A program made the translations under genes and the position numbers. Positions 42,891 through 64,000 of a stretch of 64,000 nt of DNA are shown here, piece after piece. Numbering within the stretch: position 1 is the first letter of the stretch; the number at the start of each line of letters is the position of its first letter. The stretch is from positions 40,300,001 through 40,364,000 of the forward strand of contig CM097886.1 in NCBI GenBank assembly GCA_044892525.1, written 5' to 3'. Source of the DNA: Schmidtea polychroa (lineage: Eukaryota). The notes under the pieces are model-generated. The model saw only the letters and a list, made by a program, of their open reading frames with translations, did not search any database and was not told the origin of the DNA.

Positions 42891-43677
42891 CTAGAGTTTA
42901 AAATGTTGTATTATTTTATTACTTTGTTGCAATATTTTTATAATCTTATAACAATTTGCTTAAATATTTTACATCTGGTGAAATATTTCCGAAATATGTT
43001 ATTACTTTGTTGTAATTTACTGAAAGACTTCACAATTTATTACAATATTCTTTTTAATTTGTTGTCCGTCTTCGAAATAATGTATCGATTTGTCCCAATT
43101 AACATCATTATTTTATTACTTCGTTGCAATATTTTTATTATTTTAGTTACAATTTCATAAATATTTTACAACTTTGTTGAAATTTTCTGAAATATGTTAC
43201 TACTTTGTTGTAATATTTTCTAATCTTGTTACAATTTGCTTAAATATTTTACAACTGTTGAAAATTTATCTGAAATATGTTATTACTTTGTTACAATTTT
43301 ATGAAAACGTTATTACTGTTTTGCAATTTGATGAAAAATTATATTACTTTGTGGGTTCATCGCATTATTTTTTATTAAATTATTATGAAAATGTTGAATA
43401 AATCAACTTTAGCATTAAAATGTGTTTTAAAATATATTGAAGTTTTAAAATACTGCAACGTAATGCATTTATTTTTCCTACCCCTTCCATGATTTTGATT
43501 GGTCAGAATATATTTATTTTTCCTACCCCTTCCTTGATTTTGATTGGTTAGAATGTAATCATGTGTAATATATAAGCAGTAACTTTTCAAATGTTTGTCA
43601 TTTAAACTTTTAATTTAACTTATATAAGTGAATAATTTTTTATTCTCTATCTAATATTAATGATTATTTTCTTTTAG

Positions 43678-46600
43678 TGAACGGATGCAGTTTATATAAA
43701 TTTTGTATTGCCGAAAGTCATGAAGATGTGGAGAACTGTAAATCAGTTACATCATCATATTTCAAGATAAATGACTCTACCTTATCGGGTTACATATGTC
43801 CGGAATGTCTCATTATATCACCAGGTAGGTGGTTAATGTTTGTACGACAACACGGACACCATCTTAGAAGATTCGAAGAAACGAAGAGCAGGATGATCAC
43901 TAAAAGTAATACTCTTTCTACTATTAACAATTATTAATTTTTTTTTATAGTTCAATCGAAAATGAATACATCATACGATCCTAAGCAGATTAAAGAATAT
44001 GTTACAAGTTATGTTATTTAAGTTGTTTAATATTAATTATAAATATAGTTAGACAAAACTCTGGCACCGCAAAAAGAAAGTCAATATTTTACGGAAATGG
44101 AGACTCTAACATACAATTGTGTCCACGTCGGGAGTCTGACTTAAATGGTTCTCGTGTTGAATTGACAAGCGATGTATCTGCAATTAATTCTCCTGACATT
44201 GTTGTTCCAGATTGTCTCATCAAAGAAATAGAAGATCATATTCAACGAATGGGGACAGTAAAAATCCAATTTGGACTTTGTGCATAGTTTATCAAAGAGG
44301 ATGGTGAAATTAAAAAATGGTGTTTGTCGAATAAAGCAATTACAATGTCATCTTCATTTATTAATGATGGAATTGAAAAATTAAAAGAAAAGTTGGAGAA
44401 ATACACTCAACAAAGTAGTGGGTGGAGAATTCATAAAATATTAGAAGTTACTATGATTTTAACTAAATTATCAGACATAATACATGTATCTGGTAAGTTT
44501 ATTTACATTATTATATATATAAATCAAGATATTTACTTAGGTTCAAGTTACATTAAAACGCCAAATTACCTGAAAAACTGCCAGGCTTTAGTTAATGTTC
44601 AAAATAATGATCAATTCTGCTTTCTATATAGCATACTGGCCGTATTACATTATGATGACATAAAACATCACAGAGAAAGAGTAATGAAATATAATTTAAG
44701 TGGTAATATATATTTATATCATTCTAAAAATATATATTTAGAGTTAAAATGGAAATCAGATTGGTTTCCAATGAAGATGGTTAACATTTGTCAATTTGAA
44801 GCAATGAATCCTAATCTAGCGATCAATGTTCTCAAATATAATAAGGATCCAATTAAACAGAATAGTGAAAATATTTTCAAGAATCCGTTCGTTGACTTGG
44901 TATATAGAAGTACTTCGACGGGATCTCAGATATATCTCCTATTTATTGAAGATGGTAAAATTTCTTTTAATCATTAGAAATATTAATTAAATTTTAGAAT
45001 TAAATTATCATTATTTGGCTGTAACATTTCTCGATCGACTGCTCAATTACAGAGATAGAGTAGAAGGAGTCAGAATCCAATCACATTGGTGTCATACGTG
45101 TCTTCACGGGTTTCGAAAACGTCCTGCTTTTGAAAGACATATAGGTCTTTATAGGAAAAATGTGGAGCGGACGACTCTATACTCAATGCCAGAGAATAAA
45201 TATATCGAATTTAAAGACTGGAGTAAAACTAAAAACAACAGTTTGTTGTGTACGCGGACTTTGAATCGATATTACCTCTAGACGACAAACACTTCCAAAA
45301 ACATGAGCCGATTGCATCTGAATTTGTGCTTCTTCATCAAGGTTGTCCGATCCGAAATGAAACATTTGTTGGGGAAAACTGTATCATTCAGTTTATACAA
45401 GCCTTGAATGATATAGCTACAGACATAGTTTATCCGTGGTATAAAACTAATGGATCAAAGGAAATGATGGAACTCACCTGGGAACAGCAGGAAGAATTCA
45501 CGACTCAAACACATTGCTACCTTTGTAAAAATATTATCAATATACCTGTTCGAGATCATGATCATTTTACTGGTCAATATCTCGGAGCAGCATGTCAAGA
45601 TTGCAACTTGGCTAGAAGAATCAATCCGTCTTTACCTGTTGTATTTCATAATCTTCGTGGATATGACATTCATCACATATTAAAATATGCAATTGGAAAA
45701 TTCCCCGATTGGAATTTAAATGTTATTCCTCAATCAACAGAAATGTTTCTCACACTTACAGCGACATCGAAAGGCAGAAGAATTAGATTCATTGATTCTT
45801 TACAATTTTTAAATAGCAGCTTGGCAAATTTATCAAAAAATTTACCATGTCTTCCACTGATCTCAGATGTTTTCGAATCACAGATGATGACTTGTAAAAC
45901 CATTTTTCCTTATGATATGGCTACATCAATGGATGTTTTACAGTCAATAACAGAATTACCACCGATTTGGGAGGGAGTTAGTCAAGAAGATTATATACAT
46001 GCAAATCGAATCTGGCAACAATACAACTGTGAGATACTGCTAGATTACATGCTAGTATATCTCAAGCTGGATGTTTTTCTGTTGGCCGTTGTTTTTGAAG
46101 CTTTCAGAGAAAAAACATTTGACGAAGATGGACTTGAGGCTCTATCGTTGGTTTCCATACCCGGATTAAGTTGGGCATCAGCTATTAAACAGTTACCTGA
46201 ACCGGTAGAACTTATTCAAGATCCAGAGCTTTACCGTTTATTTGAAGCTGGTATTCGTGGTGGAATGACATTTATCAACAAACATCATGTTGAAGCTGAT
46301 GAATCCACACAAATGTCATACCTAGATGTTAATAATTTATATGGATGGGCGCTGTCGCAAAAACTTCCTGTTGATGAATTTAGATGGATAAATGATCAGA
46401 CTGAAATGAATGGTATTGTTGAAAGATGTGCAAATGGGGATGAGTTTGATGGAGATCGTGGATATGTTCTAGAGGTTGACATCGTCATTCCTGATAGTAT
46501 ACAAGATAAACTAGATGATTTACCTATAGCTCCTGAGCTTTGGTATCCGCCTGGTAGTAAAGTTGAAAAGATGTTGTTAACTCATGAGCCTAAGAAAAAC

Positions 46601-47602
46601 TATGTAGTTAATGGTAGAGTTTTGACAGAGTGGTTGAGTTACGGCGCAAAAGTCACAAAAATTAATCGTGCTGTAGAATTCAAACAAGTGGCTATTTTCA
46701 AAGGATATATTGATTACAATACCAAAATGAAAGCAGCTAGTACGGATTCGTTTCAGCGAGATTATTATAAGTTAAAGAACAACAGTTTATACGGTAAAAC
46801 TGTGGAAAACTTGAAGAAACGTATAAATTTGAGATTATGCAACAAAAGCAAAAGATTGATAACTTATTGTAGTCATCCTATGTTTCGTCGTAGCATCAAG
46901 ATTGCGGATGATCTCATTGCTGTTATACTCAATAAGGAAATTGTGTGTTTAGATAGACCAATGTATATTGGACAAACCGTACTTGATTTATCCAAACTTC
47001 GCATGTACCAATTTCAATATAAAGAACTACAGAGTTATAGAGAAGAATTCAATTGTCAAATTAATATCGTAGCTGGTGACACAGATTCCTTCTTTTTAGA
47101 GTGTAAAAATGTAGATTTACGCTTACAACTATATCCAAAAATGATTGAAGATGGGCTCCTAGATACTTCAAATTATCCAGTGACCGATCCGTTGTTCTCT
47201 GATAAAATTTGTTCTGTAATCGGGAAAGTTAAGGATGAGAATAAAGGAAATCAATATAAAGAATGGGTGTTTCTTCGACCAAAGTGCTACTCACTCCAAG
47301 GCGATAAAAACACTCTAAAAGCCAAAGGAATAAGACTTACAAACTCTAATCTTACACATGAAGCCTATAAAAAAGTGTATACTGATGGTGGAACAGTGAG
47401 CATCCCACAAAAAAGAATAGGAAGTGTCAATCATCAGTTGTATACTTTCATGACAGAAAAACGAGCTCTCCAATGTTTGGATGATAAAAGGTATTGGTTC
47501 AATTCTAATGAAAGCTATGCCTACGGTCACTATAAGATTCTTCAAATGCATATTGCAACTGCTATGTCTAGAAACGAATGCAAATCGAAACAAGCACTTT
47601 AA
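43678..47602 (+). pseudogene. polB: Protein-primed family B DNA polymerase with five spliceosomal introns (43906-43950, 44008-44048, 44493-44540, 44703-44741, 44955-44997); one TAG (44285) and one frameshift (~45240)
   Basis: SGWRIHKI, GSSYIKTP, VNVQNNDQFCFLYSILA, VYADFES (ExoI), RDHDHFTGQYLGAACQDCN, FHNLRGYD (ExoII), RFIDSLQF, YLKLDV (ExoIII), YLDVNNLYG (A), KLKNNSLYGK (B), GDTDS (C), LRPKCYS, AKGI, DDKR. Removing the GT-AG introns joins the pieces in frame. Confidence 0.9.
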
Positions 47603-48498
47603 CAATTAAATTTATGTGAATAATAAAATATATATTGTGAATTATTTGACTTCGTTAATTAAAATATGTTTTATCATTTAATAATTCATTTGTCCAATTA
47701 ATTTAGATAATTAGTTTTAAGTAAGAATTATTATTTATCATGAAAAACTTTGCTTTGTTTTGAAAAATCAATGCCCATTTTATTTTAAATTAACACAGCT
47801 TTATTTTATGATAATTACTAATTAAAATTTTATTCAAATTGAAATATTATTTTTTACGATTTACACTCTTGTTAGAATATATTAAATGTAAATGTAAAAT
47901 AATAACAATAAAAAAAAATAATAATAATAATAATAAATAAAAAAAGGTAAATAAATAAATAAATAAATAAAAAATTTAAATTTAAAAAAAAATGAATTAA
48001 ATAACGTAAGTATAATAAAATAAAATATTAATAAATAATTAATTAATTAAATGTAATAAATTGAAAATTAATTAAAGTAATTAATTAAAACAAAAAATAT
48101 AATAAAATAATTAATTAATAAGTTTAAAAAAAAAATTAAATGGAAGTAATTAAATAAATTAAAAAAAAAATAAATAAATAAATAAAATTATTCGATTGAC
48201 CTATATTTGATCTGGACGTTGGGATGACTTTGAAAGTGTCCTGGAGTCCTCACTATATACTACTCATACTGTTCCGTAGTCAATTTTTTTAATAAATATA
48301 ATGTTAATTGAAAAGAAATTAGAGATCAAAATCGAAAGAAGTTATAATAATAATTATAATAATAATTATTATTATTATATTATATTATTATTATCTCTCC
48401 CTTAAAAAATATTATTAATTTTCGTTAGTAATTAATTTTTCAGTCAAAATTTAACCAACTAAAAGTATTGAAATATTTACTCTTATTTAGAATACATT

Positions 48499-61815
<13,317 letters not shown>

Positions 61816-64000
61816 CTAATAATATTTTCCATTATTAAAATAGTTCTGATATAAATTTTACCTTTGATTTTATTAATAAATTTTGAAAATTAGAATACAT
61901 AATTTTACGATTCTGATGTTTTAAAAGCAAATAATGAATCGGATTATTTTTGCATATGTATATCTGATTGTTAAATTATGTAACAAATTAATTTTTAATA
62001 GTAATCATTTCGAATAAACAATTTTAAATTACTTGAATTAAGTAAAAATTCTTGCAAAATTATTTTTAAATATAAATACTTTTCATTTATATTAATTATT
62101 ACATTAACTTATAAATTAATTTTAATTTAATACATATTTTAATAAGCAAAATTTAATTAATTTTCATAAAATACATTAATGGCAAAATATTTACATGAAA
62201 AATGGATTACTTCATTACATATCTTTAGCCGCAATGGACATTTTAGTAAAAAGACATTTGAAATTATATTAAGTCACAGTTTTTAGTCAAGTCGTATTAC
62301 AGTTACCAAACCGTCAACTACTTTTGACGGATTTATTGTTGATTTTAATACAACTCACCAAATAAATTTATATGTATTAAACTATTTATATTAACCGAAA
62401 CGTTACAAACACCATGCCAATTATTCCTATAGATGCTTGAATAGAGCTATTGGCACAATTGATATGTGCTATTTTTATGTTTTTGTTCCAGCCATTAATG
62501 ATCGTGGAAAGCGAGTTTTTGGCATGCCTGTAGTATGTCAATGCAACCACCCGTAATTTAAATTTTGTACTCTTTACACATGACATGCTATATAAATAAA
62601 TACAATTTGGGTATTCGGTGGAAAGCAAAAGATTTGGGGGTTGAGGTTAGGAATTGAATTTCTCATTTTGTTGGATTATTGAGAGTACTATCCATGTTAT
62701 CCACCGCTTTCTACACAACCTGTATGGCAAAATCAGTAATCATATGATAGCCGTTTCTAGGCAACATTGGTACTGTGTCAAATTGATAGGTGTTAACAAA
62801 TGAGAACTTTACAAGTCATACGGCCAATGTTCTGTTATTTGAACTCTTCTTGGTTCTAGGAAAAGTAATTCACCATTTTTTGTCTTCTGTGGCCTGAATA
62901 ATGAAAGAGCCATTTCGACGTCACTAGAATGTTGATGAATTTCAGTTTGTATATTCTTGATTTGAATCGTATGCTTGTAGATCAATCCTGTAAAAGCTGA
63001 TTCTCACTCTAGGTGTCTTTGAGTTATCGACTATGAAACATAACGAACTAGTTTGACTTTCTGACATACATTTTTGACTACCTTATCATGCTAATTTTAT
63101 TTCACTCATCCAGATGTATCTATCTTGTGACTACTTAATGACAGAACTTGACAGCATACATTAATAAACGAATTTAGTTCGATAACGCTCTACAATTATT
63201 CTAACAGAAAAACGGGAGTTGCGATTAAAAATATTTTCTTTCGATGATGTCTGGTCAGTCAACAGATTTTCATGAAATTGGCTAGTTACAATCTCGTGTA
63301 AGGTAAAAATCAGACGGGTGGGCTTTCAGTTATGGATAAATGAAACTTTACTAAAAATGAATTAAATATTTCCATTGCCGTTTCTCTATTGATGTTAGAC
63401 GTAAAAAAACAGTAATAATAATGATACAATTGAAGTTTATTTTGTAAAACGTTTCTTTATTTGTTGGTTAAACTTACAAGGAATATACACAAAAACAGGC
63501 GATTTCGGAACATCGAAAAATCTTTTGAAATGTCTTTGAAAATTTTCCTTTTCAACTCTTTCTCGAAAACTTAGTCTATTTTCCCCATTCAAAAAAGATA
63601 AGAATCCCCAAATTTACTTTCTCATTAATATCGCTCTTTTTCATTCGAATTCTTCTGCTAGTGGAAATTCCATCATATGGATTCGATGCCAATATCATTG
63701 TTTCACCTGTCAATGTATCTAAAAAGTTAAATTTTTTCTCATGGCTTTACGAAACTTGAAACGAATAAAATTTCATGTGTAGCTAAATTTGTGGGTTGTT
63801 CATGTATTCTTCCGGTCATTCCTGGCGCACAAAGGAACGTCCCACATATTACTTGCAAATTTATTTCCTTGAATGATCTGTTAATGAAATAAAATATATA
63901 AAGACATTCATAATTTATAAAAGGTTGTAATGATTATTAACATATTAATAACATACATAAAATTACAAATAACAAATTCATGTACTCATTTAATAGATCC

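Noticed and set aside
39493-43590. ORFs 39493-39678, 42903-43160, 43174-43401 and 43375-43590
   Set aside because: Low-complexity translations of AT-rich tandem repeats, mirrored by the palindrome; no motifs.
62386-63900. Higher-GC, coding-like degraded sequence at the window end
   Set aside because: No frame gives a recognisable domain; left unannotated.

Overview
AT-rich, repeat-laden animal DNA with four N-gaps. The 18S fragment carries a metazoan-type signature, and most introns are 39-59 nt; a compact-intron invertebrate such as an orthonectid is a guess, not established. Host genes rebuilt by hand from splice sites: the last exon of an MFSD1-like transporter (+), a complete 17-exon SLC30A9/ZnT9 (+, 6604-22517), a 3-exon mitochondrial ribosomal protein S2 (-) and UDP-glucose pyrophosphorylase (-, 48499-61815). 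Mobile DNA includes several hAT MITEs, a hATm element, Tip100-type hAT elements, piggyBac remnants, a pogo-type MITE, a Merlin-type MITE, a very small 3.66-kb Gypsy with 97-bp LTRs and a -1 frameshift signal, and an orphan 18S rDNA piece. The outstanding feature is a 13.5-kb Polinton/Maverick-type insertion (34770-48264; AGTAGT...ACTACT termini, 6-bp TSD CATACT). It is almost entirely a palindrome, shows no recognisable integrase or capsid gene, and encodes a protein-primed DNA polymerase B split by five host-style ~40-nt spliceosomal introns, all in phase 1. Its left arm carries a 2.25-kb inverted copy of the neighbouring host UGP locus, joined through two 2-bp microhomology junctions. A whole-genome-amplification or assembly origin for the palindrome cannot be excluded from sequence alone.
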